From the NCBI GenBank assembly GCA_028023455.1, contig JAQFVV010000001.1:2170001-2234000 (forward strand): 64,000 nt of DNA, in the 5' to 3' direction. Both the position numbers and the translations under genes were made by a program. This document shows positions 38,407 through 51,926 of the stretch, one piece after another. Position 1 is the first letter of the stretch. Every line of letters starts with the position of its first letter. The notes beneath the pieces were generated by a model that ran no database searches, had not been told where the DNA came from, and saw only the letters and a list, made by a program, of their open reading frames with translations. The DNA comes from Epiperipatus broadwayi (taxonomy: Eukaryota; Animalia; Onychophora).

Positions 38407-40179
38407 TTACCAAATATTTGTATGGAAGTTATAGACTGTACATACGAAGGCATTGTTGCCAAACTCATGAATAATGACAAGATGATTTTATGGGGATCTT
38501 AATTTTGTTATGTTTCATTACTATGTATATATTTTTATATATATATATTTCCATGCTTGGTATCCAAAATGGATGCATTTTGGGAAAGGTGATTATAAGT
38601 GTAAGCAGAAGTAAAAGGGGGAATGGTTAGGTTTATTTGAACATTTTTCTTTTGTTCTAAATAAAAATTTAGATCAGCACCCTCCTTAACAACTTGTCAT
38701 TGATTATCATGATGTGGGATAAAAGGGAAGATTTTTAACATTATACCATATTAAATGCTCACATGTATTGCAGGACAGAGTTTATGTTATTTGTTTATTA
38801 TTGCTTAATAATCATTATATATTCATTTTTTTGGTATGAATGATTAATCTTCTTATGTAATCTTTTCTATCTGTAGTAGGTATTTACATATGGACAGTGG
38901 GGTCCCGAAGGGATTGAATATCATTAAGCTGATGGTGCTATGACGAATGTACCTGCATAATAATTTAAATTAGCTAGTTAGATTCATGATCATCTAAAAA
39001 TTATAATGATTTTTTTTGCTTTGTAAATAATTGGTGTCAAATCTTGAACTTCTACCATTAGGTCAGGCATGAGAATTTTAATTACGTTCAGTATCAATAT
39101 GATAGTAATCCAACCTTGCCACAGTCAGTTAAATCATTTATTATTGTTAAAACATTTTGAAATAATTTTTTTTGTTATTTTGTTTCATTATATAATAAAG
39201 TGTTATAGAACTTATTTATATTGAAGTGACCTCAATTTTATTAAAATAACCTTTCATTCACTGATTAAAATGCAGTTGGAATTATATGTGCACACATCTC
39301 ATTCTATACATAATAATAGAGGAAAATGTTTGGGTGGGTATATAAATCAATTGTAACCTATATAGAGGTACAATAGTTGTGGGCTTGTGCAGGTTCATCC
39401 CTAAAGAGAGTCAAAGGCAAAATAATTTCTGAGTTTGAATACCAAGGCATAGAAGAGCCCAGAAAGGAATGTGAAAGGTGGATGAATTAGCCCAAATTGT
39501 GTCTATATTTAATGAGTAAACATAGAGCTAGCCCATCAGAACCAGACACATTCATGGGTTATACATTCCATTCACCATTGATGGCATCCTACCAAAAGAC
39601 CCCAGGTCTGACTATAGTAAGATGAGCTCTTCTCCTCTCATCCAAGTGACCAGCCCATTACAATATATATATATATATAATGGAAATTGTAATACAATAG
39701 TAATAACTATTTTTCCCATAATAATTTGGGGATAGCAACAAGCAGAATGAGTCCATTACATTTCTCCTCACTGCTACAAGTCTCAGTTCATTAATAATTT
39801 TACTTTGTTACAATTACTTCTAAAAATTTTAATTACGACTTTATTTTCTGAGTATACTTTTTTCTTCTCTGTGAGAGATGCTGTTTACTATCAGCAACTC
39901 TTTTTTCTCCTGACAGCAACAGCTGCTCAGACTCTCATATCTCTTTTTTTTTGAGAGAGAGAGGTCATCTTATAACTCATTTGCATAACAATTTATTCAT
40001 ACTTTTAATACACTTTTCTAGATGGAATTATTTCCAGGAGGAGACTGCCTAAACTTCTAGCACTAATTACACAAATAAAAAATTAATATTTTATTTACAA
40101 TAATATCAATGCTGGTCAGTGCACCATCCCTCATTCTAAAACATAATCCCTAAATTGGTCTGGCAGGCTTAATTCTTCT

Positions 40180-43100
40180 ACCTCTCAGAGTAGAATTTCT
40201 TTGATCTTTATTTCAATCTGTTTTTTGATAGTAACAACTGCTTTTTTGGGACTTTCATTAGCAATCTCTTGGTCCACCACCTCTTGTTCAACAGGCAAAG
40301 TTTCATCTTGGGTGGAAGGAACTAAATTCTCATTTATTTAAATTTTCTAATTAAGGACTGGGTGTAATCAGATTGTTACTGGCTACAATTGGTATATCAA
40401 TAAATCTTTCATGTAAATGATTATTGTCCCTTTTTACACACAATCCATTTTCAAGCTTAATAACATGTATAACTTTTGATATAATTTCAATGATGATATC
40501 TAGAATCCATCGTCTTTTTACAGTATTTCAAACCCAAATAGTATCTATATCAAAATTTTTTTGAATTATATTTATATATTTCATCAACAGTATTGCTTCT
40601 CCCCAATCTATACATCAGTGAAAGTTTTTTGGTAAATGCTTGAAGTATTTTCTTCCAAATAGTAATTCAGTAGGTGATTTTTTTTACTTTTTGAAGCACT
40701 CAACGTAAAATGTTGACAAAATGTAATTTATACTAGAGCATCTTTTAATTTGGTTATATTAATTTTTTTCAAAAATACTTTCAGACTTTATACTGCCTTT
40801 TTAGCAAGTCTCTTTGAAGCAGGGTGATGCTCAAGGCATTAAACATGCTGTATCCTTCTATACCTCACATAGACTCTAAATCTTTCAGTAGCAAATGCTG
40901 TCCCATTATCTGATACCAAAATCTCAGGATAACCATGGATAGCAAAAACTTCTTGTAAAACCTTTTTTCTATTAATCAGTGTTCACAAATTTTACTAACT
41001 TATATTCAGCCCAATTTGAAATATGAATCCACAACTATCAGAACTTGATATCTATTTATCAGTCCAGCATAATCCATGTGAACACACTTCCATAGCTTCT
41101 TTATTTCTAATCAGGTCTTGAGTACTTTCTTTGGAAGATCTACTATAGATTTACATTTTTCTTGATATCCTTTATGCAGCAAATTAATCATTTTGTACAT
41201 CTCTCTATAGGTATCAAATACTTTGTCAATATGTAAGATACACCCACATTATTACATATTGATATATTATGACTTGTATTCCAAATTGCCACAGCTACAA
41301 AGGTTGGATATTTTTCTGCCCATCTATTCCAAATCTATTTAAACAATTTCTACATTCAGAATTATTAGAAATCCACTTCATGACACATTTTCACTGTTTA
41401 AATTCTCCATGATATTTACTCCATCTAGCAAATTTACTTGCATGAATTTCTGTTTAATTCTTTCTATAACATGCAAATGTGACAATGCATCTGCATGCAT
41501 GATCTCCTTTCTTAGTTTATAGATTAGCTCATAGTCACAGGCTGCTAAAATGTTTATCCATTGTATAAGTCTTTGGCTCATGCAATCAGGCATTTTTTTA
41601 TCTTTCCCCAAATTTTCAGCAATGGGCAATGATTGCCAAAGCTTTTTTATCCAGCACTAGTTTTTCTCAGCTGACAATGGTGTTCTAAAGGTGTAGGCAA
41701 TTGGACACTGTACTCCAGAAAACAGTGTGCTACAACAGCCCAAACTCTGAATTTAAAATCATACATAGTGATAGTAGCTTCCAGATTGCTATGATAATGT
41801 ATTAAAAGTTGATCTGACCTCAGTAATTCTTTATCTTATCTAAAGGCTGCAAGATGCTCATCATTCTACTTCCATAATTGATTCTTCCATAATAAGCCAT
41901 ACAACAGTCTTAAATAATACAATTTATCTTTGATAAAGCTTTCCTAGAAGTTAAACATTCCCAAAAAGGCTTGTAAGTCTTTTATATTTCTGGGAGTAAC
42001 AACTTCTTTTACTACTCTAACCTTTTCTGGGTTCAAATATTTTCCATCTTATTTATCATGTACCCTTTAAAGGTTATTTGAAAGTTGCCCAAACATATTT
42101 GGCAGCATTCAGTCTTGCTCTTACATAACTTAGAGCATACCTCAATAATATGTTTTTTTCAGGACTGTACTTGGAAATATCATCCAAGTATGGAATGTTC
42201 TGCAATAACATATCCATTTTTTGTTTGGAAGATGTTTGGAATCACAATAGTTCCATAAGGTAATTTATTTCAGCTGAAGAATTTAACGTGAATACTCATT
42301 GTTAATAATGCAGCAGTTTTCTCAGTCATAAGCATTTGATGGAATATTGATTTCAAATAAATTTTTGCAAAGACAGGCTCTCTATAATGATGTCAATGCA
42401 TCACACACCTTTAGAACAGGATACATACCTTTATCAATCCATTTGTTAACCATGAACTGATAATCTCTACATAAATGAATCATTCCATCTGGATTTTCTA
42501 AGACAATAACAGGTATAGCTCATGACAAGTCTTTGACTGGTGTCAATATTCCTTCCTTTACCATCTCTTCTATTATTTTTTCCACCTTTAACTTAAGCTC
42601 ATAGGGGACTTTGCATGGTTTATACATCATTGGCTGTGCTTCTTTTGACATTTCAATATTAACAAGATGAAATTTATTTCTAACTTACTTTAATAATTAT
42701 TTTTAAACATATTTGTAGTGGTTTAAACCAATTTTGTCCAAGGAGAGAATTTCTATCACAAACAGTGGTAATATTTTCACTTTATTATTTGCAACTACTG
42801 GAACACTAACTTTTCTACAGAAGTGTATTTTATTATTCACATCTGTGGCCACAACATTTGTCTTCTTCAATTTTAGCTTTTTAGATTCAGATCTAATTCT
42901 GCTCCAATCCTTTAACGACATAATGGATATTCTAACTCCACTGTCAACTTCCATCATCCTTTAAATCTGTAAATAACCTCCAAAGTGATTTGGACATTGG
43001 TAGAATATATTAATGTTTTTAACTTCACCCTACTACATTCTCCTCCTCCCATCAATTTAAAATCTAGGTGTGGTTTATTTTTTATTATACCTGCTTTTGT

Positions 43101-43780
43101 TTTCATACCTGAACTAAGTGGCCTTTAATTCTGCATATCCTACATTTTTTCATTTTTATTCTACATTTTTTCATTTTTAAATTACCATAACTTCTTCATG
43201 TGACTAATCTTACCATAACAAACATTCAGAATTCTTAGGTGATTTTTCTATTACAGCTTTATTTATATGTCAGATTTTCGAAATGTAACATGACATTGTG
43301 AATTATGCATTTTCCGATGGCTGCTTTAAATGTTAAATCAGTTTCACTAAGCAAGATTGTTTGAAGATTATGGTCCCACATTCTGTAAAGTAATTGGTCT
43401 AGGAGTATATCTTCAAGATCTTATGTGAATTCACACTGTTTTGCTAAATTTCTTAAAGCTAAATTATAATCCTGTAGCTCTCTCAGGGTAATTGCTTCCT
43501 CATTCTAAAGAATAAATGTGCCACTCCTTTTGTTACTGCTAGCTGAAAAAAAGTATTTAGATTTTCCAGTAGTTCACTATAAAATACATCTTCTGGAATC
43601 TTAGGGTCACACAATTGTTTGCTGTTAATAATACATCTGTTCCAGCAAAAAACAACAATGTGGAAACCTTTGCCCTATCCCCATCTATCTTTGACAGTCT
43701 CATATAGTGATCTATATGTTCTACATAAATGTTTCATAATGAGGGGTTAATTATATCAAACTCTAATGCCATCATCTTTT
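40180..43780 (-). pseudogene. Degenerate gag-pol of element 3
   Basis: Gag FDIINPSL*NIYVEHIDHY...KVSTLL; protease MEVDSGVRISIMS; RNase H-region HADALSHL; integrase VHMDYAG...LIVVDSYFK and GYPEILVSDNGTAF...HHPAS. Confidence 0.9.
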
Positions 43781-43929
43781 ACTCTAATCCATTATATTTC
43801 TGACCATCATGCAGCTAATTTCCTCATCTGTTATGACTGTGCCAACTACTATATTTACAGGGAGAGGGATAGCATAATGTTAATAATGAAATAAACTTTG
43901 AGCAAATTTATTCTTAAGTTGAATTAACA

Positions 43930-44052
<123 letters not shown>

Positions 44053-46707
44053 TATAATAAAAAATTATAATATAATAATAATAATAATAATAACTATTTT
44101 CCCCATAATTTGGGGATAGCAACAAGCAGAATGAGTTTACATACATTTTATCACTCAGTGCTACTACTCACAATTCATTAATAATTGTACTTTGTTACAA
44201 TTACTACTAAAACTTTTAAACACAATTTTATTAAGTCTATTTAAACTATATTCTCCCCTCTGTGAGAGAAGTCATTTATTATCAGCATTGCTTTTTTCCT
44301 CACGATTGCATCTGCTAGCAGACTCTTGTATCTCCTTTTTTGAGAGATTCTTTTTATAACTCATTTGCATAACAATTAATTATACTTTTAATACCCTTTT
44401 TTAGAGTGAATTATTTCTGAGAGGAAATTGTCTAAACTGCTGGCACTAATTACACAAATAAAAATAGTATTTATTTACAATAATATCAGTGCCAGTCAGT
44501 GCACTATCCAATAACAATATCAAACACTAAATTAATTTATAAATAATCCACTTTTAGCTTATTTATAATGTGCAAAACAATCTACATAAAATAAATAATT
44601 CATTTTAAAACATCTTACAATAAATGACTATATTTAATTGCATTATTTATTAAGGTGCAGATCTTAATTGCAAGCTGGAATAATCACATGAAGTTTTAAT
44701 AATTTTTATTAATATTTCATAAGACTAGAGATTATCCAATAATGAAAAACATTTCTGTAGTGCGATTTTAACTACATCACTCTCATGTAAAGTATGGTCT
44801 GCCACTCCCTACGTTGCATGAGAGTAATGTAGTTAAAATTACACTACAGAAATGTTATATGATGTTTTGTTTAGAAATAGTCTATATGAAATAAAACAAA
44901 AGTTGTATTTTTCTGTCATCTCCATAGTATTGTATTATTTCAGTTTGTTTTGTTTACTTTCTTTGTTGTTATTATTAATTATATAAGTGAATAATTTTTT
45001 TGGGATAAAATTGATTATATAACAACAGCAATTATGAAAAAAGGTAAATATAGGGACAATTTCTTTAAATAAATATTACTAATTTAGTTCCTTATTTCAT
45101 TTACTTTTAAATAAATGTATTGTCATCATTTAATTTTTTTTTAGTCTCAAATTTTTATTTCTTTTGAAAAAAAGTGAAAGGGTTTTCTATTTTCATGTCA
45201 AATTATAATTTTAAAAAAGCAAGAAAGTGAAAATTTACTATGAAATGAATACTATTTGACTATTACTATTTTCTTAATTTATGAAGAAAAACATATGTTA
45301 AACATAATAATAGTTTCTCGTACCAAAGGCTATTAAATTCTTCCCCAATAATAAAAAATAGAGTCAGTCTGGGATCTTGAACCTGGTATTGATTTCTGCC
45401 TCAAGGCTCTAGTTGCTTTTATCTGTAAGATATATTGATGTCTCTCTTACAAGAAAATAATTATTTTTCTTAAAATCAATTTGTTTGTTATTTAAGAATA
45501 TATCAGATTTAAAAAAAATACTGTGAAATTTGCCAATAGATTTTTTATTCTTAATTCAACAATATATTAAAAATAAAATAATAATAAAAAACATATTTAA
45601 CCGATACATTATTTTTCGCTGTATGTGTTTCTCTATATATTAAATACGAAAACCATACTGAGTAATTAAAACATATTTTATTAATTGACAATATTTTTTA
45701 TTTCCTGGTTTTTTATTTTTAAATTAAATTTTTTATCTATTATTAAAAATAGTTATTATTACAATTAATCACTCTTGTGAATAGCAATAGAAATAATATT
45801 GAAGAAAATGTAAACTTTTCGATAAAAAAAATCAAGTCGAAATATTACGGAAATCATCCAAAACACATTGTATAGAAATAAAATGGTATAAATATAAATC
45901 TTCTAGCATGATTATTTATTTTTGTAGTTTTAATTATTACCTTTCCTTAGTTAAAGATTAATATGTTTGTCTGCCTTTTTATTAAACATAAACATGGAAG
46001 AATTCAAATACTTATAATCGAAAGTTTGACATATGGAACTTATTTATATCTGATATTGAAGAATATTTTAATTTCTGAAGAATGTGTTAGTGTTTTATTG
46101 GAAGTTATTCAAATTATTAAAAATAAAGTATGGATTGTTTAAGATAAGCAATAGTGATTGATTTCTAGCTCAAAAAGATAAAAAGTAATAAATCTGAATT
46201 TGTTAAACCACTAAACATCACACTACTGTATGGAGAGTTTTGCCTGTGTTAAATCTGAATTTGATCAATTGAATAGAATGAATGATTGTAGTTAGATTGT
46301 CATTTTAGTTTTTAATGTCATTTGACTTCTTAAGCAACCGACCATATTATCATTATTTAAACTAATTCAAAGAATTCGGTATTAATTTAAAAGCATGATC
46401 TAAAAAGCACTAATAATCTGATTAAATTTCTATTTTCTTATATAAGTCAACTTCAGAATGATGCATCTTAAACTCTAAAAAAGATTCTGGATCAATTTCC
46501 AGTTGAGAAAAAAAGATGGGGGATGGTTGCAGATTAGTTTTGTCAGTTGATTAGAACTGTTGCATTCAATAATGTCATTTGGGTAACTAATATTACATAA
46601 ACTGCTGAGCAAATGATTTATTTTTAAATATCAGCAATAATGAGATATTTCAATTAGAGACTAATTCAGGTAATTTCAGACAATTATCTTAGATTTCTTG
46701 AAAATAA

Positions 46708-47319
46708 TTTATTGGCAAATATATTTTTAAAATACATGTTCATGAAGAGCTGTTATTATTTTGTGATGAAGTTCTACATTTGAGATTTTTAATTAAATTA
46801 TGTTAAAGTTATGACAAGAACAAACTATTGTTGATTATTGATGCACTAATAATAAATAACTACTCAGATCAAATAAAGATTGAGCTAAATGTAATTATTA
46901 TTAGTAGATTACTTTAAGAAATGAAAATCCTTTCAACAGAATATTTTTTAAAAGCATCAAATCATACAAATGTTAGTCTTTTTTATTAGCAATAAGAATT
47001 TAATGTAACTAAAACACATTTCTTATATGGTTACTTAAGGCCTCCAAGTATATAAGAAAGTCATGCTATTGTTGGTATAATTCTTGATGAAGGGGCCTAC
47101 AGTTGGCATAATACTGAAGACTAAAAATATGTCAAAACTGATCTTGTATCAGATTTATATAACTATACAAGTGAGTTGACCTTGGTTTAAAACATTAGAT
47201 TATCATTAAAAGCACAAATGAATAAGCTGGTTGCTAGATACATATGTGCATTAGTTCCAGCATTAGTTCTAATTCTTGCTGATGAAGATAAAAAGCCTGA
47301 GATGGATTTGAATATTTAG
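46708..47319 (+). pseudogene. Possible decayed reading frame, unidentified
   Basis: About 203 codons in one frame with 7 internal stops (all TAA/TAG) and no frameshift. Confidence 0.25.
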
Positions 47320-47562
47320 ATATTATATTATATCATCTGATTTCCTTTGATTACTTTAAACTATAGTAGATGACACTAGAATAGATTAAAGAAAACTGAC
47401 CAATATAACTATGGTGATATTTTTTAAATCTCATAATAAGGGCCACATCAGCCAAACTTTATTAAGTCAATTTTTTCCCCATAAATATTTAAATGTCATC
47501 ATTTAATATATGTATATAAGCTTTCATTGTGGTCTTTTACTTATTCTGCAGTGTTGTTTATG

Positions 47563-47877
<315 letters not shown>

Positions 47878-50680
47878 TAAAGATATAAAACAAATATGAT
47901 CTTTTTTTACTTACTTTCACCAAATTGTATTATGATCTGTAAATTACTTAATTTACTTACTCTAGAGCCATCTTTTGTCAGCATGAATAATCAATAAATA
48001 TTAAATGGTAATGTAGCATTCAAATTTCCTGACTAATTTCTGGCCATTGATGTTCTTTGATAATAGATACTATTTATTTCATTTTACATTATCTTGAGAT
48101 TCAAAGACCTAAGTTTTGAATCCAAGCTTATTTTCTGATATAATGTTAAACTGAAAGTTTATGTTTGTGGCATTTTCTTGCTGTTATATGTTGTATTATT
48201 TTTATCATCTAATTTAATTGTTAAATGCTTTTAAAAAAACTCAAATTTTTCTAAATACATTCCAGTTAGTTTAATGCACAGGTTAAGATAGAATTCAATA
48301 CCAAGCTATGTGTTAGTATCAACAACTGAATATTTTTCAGAAGTATAAATGAAATTTGAATTTTTTTAAAAAACATTAAACCAGATAATAGAAATAGTCT
48401 ATCATATAACCACTAACTGCTGATATAACTGTATTGATGGTTTTTAAATGTGTAGTTACAAAACCATTCTGTCTTACTGACAAAGACCAATAGAAACTAG
48501 TCTGAGAATTTGGTAAGTGGTGTTGTCATCTAGTATCCCTTCATGGCTGAAGCTTACAAGAGATCACTCTGAAATACAGATAGCACAGTCATCTATTGCT
48601 TTTAATTAAATAAAGATGAAGTAAAATGTTTTTATTTTAAAGCATTTTATGATGAAATTTCTAAATACAGAAGTAATTTGGGAGATCATTTGACATTAAT
48701 AATAATAATTAAATGGTTAAATGCTCAGGACTTTACAAGAAGCACAAGCAGCCGAAATGACAAAGTTAAATGGTGCTCCATGGGCATTTAACTCTGGAGC
48801 CTGATGTTCTACTGCTACTCTAAACTATGCAGAGCATTTGGGTATCAGAAGTGACAGATTGACTTTAACCAAATAACTTTCAGCTCTATACCTTTATCAC
48901 TGAGCTAAATTGCATTGTTTGTCTTTTGTTTTAGTAGTTATTACCTCCATTGTTGGATATTTTAAAGAGATTAGTATATACATTGTTTAACACAGAGATT
49001 AGTGTGGCAGAATCTAGATTTTAATGATTATTGAAAAGAAGCGCTTTGATAACTCAATGTCACGTGATGCTGAGTAACAAGTGTTCAGTTATTTTATTTT
49101 ATAATTTTAATTTCACTTCATTGTTTATTTGTAATAACTATACATATATAAGTTAATAAGTGCGTTTAATTTTCTGTTTACCTTAGAACACTTTTGGTGC
49201 CAAGCACTATAAAAACGAATAACTAACAAAATAATATAGCTATGATTATAGCGCTCGACATTGTAAATGTTCCAAGCCAAATAGAAAAGTGATGAAAGAA
49301 GAATAACACACTTTCTGTGGCATATTAACATTTAGTATGTATGTATGTATATATATGTGTCCACATTAAAGAGTTTGTAAATTTTAAATATTTGTAAGAT
49401 TGATTCAAGATTGTATAAAATGTTATATATTTTAAATGCGTCAATCAGTTCAAATTAAATAATTGCCTATAGTTTATTATAAATTACTTTGGAATAGTAA
49501 TAAGAAAACTGGGTGTTACATCATTTATTATTAAACTTAAGGTTCAGCTGGCTTTTATTAAGAGATTATAGAGAAAATTCAGGTGAGTTATTTTCTATTC
49601 TTCCCACTATAAGACCTACACAATTTACTTTTCAACCATTAATAACCCAGGCACTTAATTATATACAAATATAAATCTCACTCCACACTTTACTTAATTA
49701 TAATCTTGAAAACAAGCTCACATTTCTTCTTTTTTTAATCAATGAAAGTTTAATTTGTTTTTTAAAAAAAAACTATTATGAATATGCCCTTAATTTTAAT
49801 TTCTTGACAGAAGGATGTATTCACTCAACAGTTACAAATTGATATCTATAAAAATGACTCTCCCATTAAAAGTTTATATATATTAAAAGAAAATTATATA
49901 TGTGAGGAATTATATTGAAAATATTGAATTGCTATTCTCATATAAGAATGATAAATTTGTTAGTATTCCATTTAAATTTTATATCGATCTAAACAAAATT
50001 TTATTTATTTAACATGATTTATCTTTTGATAAGGATTCAATGCAATCAAAACAACAACATAACATCATGACATATAATTTTGTTACTGAAAGCAATATAA
50101 CCCTCTAGCATCTTTTTTTTCCCCGGGACATTACTTGCCTGTAAACTTTTTGTCTGGGTATATTTTTATCAATATATATATATGTAAACATTAGCTTTCT
50201 TGACATCTGTTTTTTTTTTCATGACATATTTTGCATATTAATTACAACGAATAATCTAATATGGATACCTTTCTAGCTTACATTTAATCTGTAGGCATAA
50301 TCAGTCCTCTTTATGTAAAAGACTGTTTAATTAACACAAAAAACAACGAGAGTAGCAAGCATAAGTAATCAAGAGATTCCAGTAAATAAAAAATGACTGC
50401 TAAGTGATTATAATCTAGAGAATAGTTTCTACTGAAGGTGGCCAGAAACTAGTCTGATAATTATTTGACATTTGTGAATATAAGAATGATTTATAATATG
50501 TTCTCATAGCCATTTTACTATATGAAAAGAACATTCGTGTGTGTAAGTGATTTAAAAAGTGAAAATTATATCATTCAAAATATCAAAGCTTGATTTGTAT
50601 AAGTAAGATTTTAATTTTATTAATTATTGTATGTTAAATCTAAATAGTAATGTTTTTTCACAATGATAAATTAGCCTAAC

Positions 50681-50789
50681 TTTTTTTTTTTAAGTGTCAT
50701 AGCATCGGCCGGGACGCGAACCCGCAACCCGGGCAACTGCCTGCAAGTGCAAGGCAGTTGCGCTGACCTCTCAACCACCAACACAAGAC
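50681..50789 (-). mobile_element. Young 109-bp tRNA-derived SINE/retro-tRNA with poly(A) tail
   Basis: A-box-like GGTGGTTGAGAGG and B-box-like GGTTCGCGTCC, an A11 tail (T-run 50681-50691), a perfect 9-bp TSD tagcctaac (50672-50680 / 50790-50798) and intact CpGs. Confidence 0.85.
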
Positions 50790-50863
50790 TAGCCTAACAT
50801 TTATTGATAATATAGTACTGCATATTTAAAATTTATTATAAGAAAATTAATAAATCAATCATC

Positions 50864-51926
50864 AGAAGTGAGATTTTATTTTAATAAAATTATTTACTGT
50901 CTGTTCATTTGCTTTGTCATTTACTGATTTGTAGTAAGATGTATTTAGAAATGGCTTTCAAAGCTCAACTACTGTAACTTATAAAAATTACACAGTACGC
51001 TGATATTGCTGAGAAATTAGCTTAAAATAAAATATCCATTTTTAAGATAATTTTATTAATAAAAATGAACTAAGATTACCATGTTTAATAAAAAATTAAA
51101 AATGTTAAGCAAATAAGACACTATCATTAATCATTGATGATACATTTTTTAAGGTATTCGAGATAAATTCTTCAACATGCATAAAATGTTTTTCTTTTTA
51201 ATATTCTATGAAAGCAGTAACATGTTTTTTTTTTCATTTCTAAATGCTTATCCAATGACTGTCTTTGAATCATTTTGTTATTCAACTATGTCAAATATTG
51301 CTATTAGATAAATCTTTAAATTATTAGTTTACATGCTTTATATTACTAAAATTTTGGTAATCTCTTTTAGATTGTAATGAACTATTATTTGTTGTTTTCC
51401 AATTTTAGTGTCAATGCTTACAACTTGATCTTATTTTTAAAATTTTTTTCTGCAATATAATATTCTGTTGTATCTTATTCATCAATCTCATATTCTGAAA
51501 GTGCTGAGTTAGAGTTATTATTTTATATTTTTAGCATATCATCTTCTTTGTTGCCATTTAGCTCATCATTGTCATCTAGAAATTGTTTACACCATTCTTC
51601 AAATCTAGGATACAAAATTTCATTTTTGAAAAGCCAACACCTCATGAAATTTTTACAAAGTCCTATCATCAAAAGCATTAAAATTGCAAATATTTTACAA
51701 AGAAAAATAACATTTATTTTATGATTAAAATTTAGTACCAGTTAAAATTTATTAGAAAAGTACTACATGGGAATATTAGAAAACCACACATAGTGAATAT
51801 ACTAAAAACTAAACTATACTGAATATCATCTACAAGTGATTCTCTGCATCTAACAATGTCAAGAAAGTAGACAAACATGCAGAATCCCACAACACATATA
51901 TTTTCAATTAATAGTGACAAATTCAT
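50864..51926 (-). pseudogene. Possible decayed intronless ORF for a multi-pass membrane protein
   Basis: Two abutting stop-free frames (64 codons and ~75 codons) with three hydrophobic segments, followed by a D/E/N-rich tail containing stops. Confidence 0.35.

Larger units (their letters stand above)
27628..39662 (+). mobile_element. Full-length decayed Ty3/Gypsy LTR retrotransposon (element 2) with very long LTRs
   Basis: Two homologous LTRs with TGTAA...TTACA ends, a PBS-like tgacacccc at 30029, PPT aaggaaaggggag at 36035-36047, and PR-RT-RH-INT domain order. Confidence 0.95.
36049..39662 (+). repeat. 3' LTR of element 2 (3614 bp, including a ~1.2-kb insertion)
   Basis: Starts TGTAA right after the PPT and ends ccaTTACA before (AT)8. 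Confidence 0.93.

Noticed and set aside
48830-48910. Old tRNA-SINE heads (also ~10290-10330, ~11170-11240, ~27555-27600, ~45360-45420)
   Set aside because: Only partial A- or B-box resemblance; boundaries and TSDs could not be defined.
50700-50785. Functional tRNA gene
   Set aside because: It has two internal duplications, a non-consensus B box and a weak D arm, and the poly(A) tail and TSD indicate a retroposed copy.
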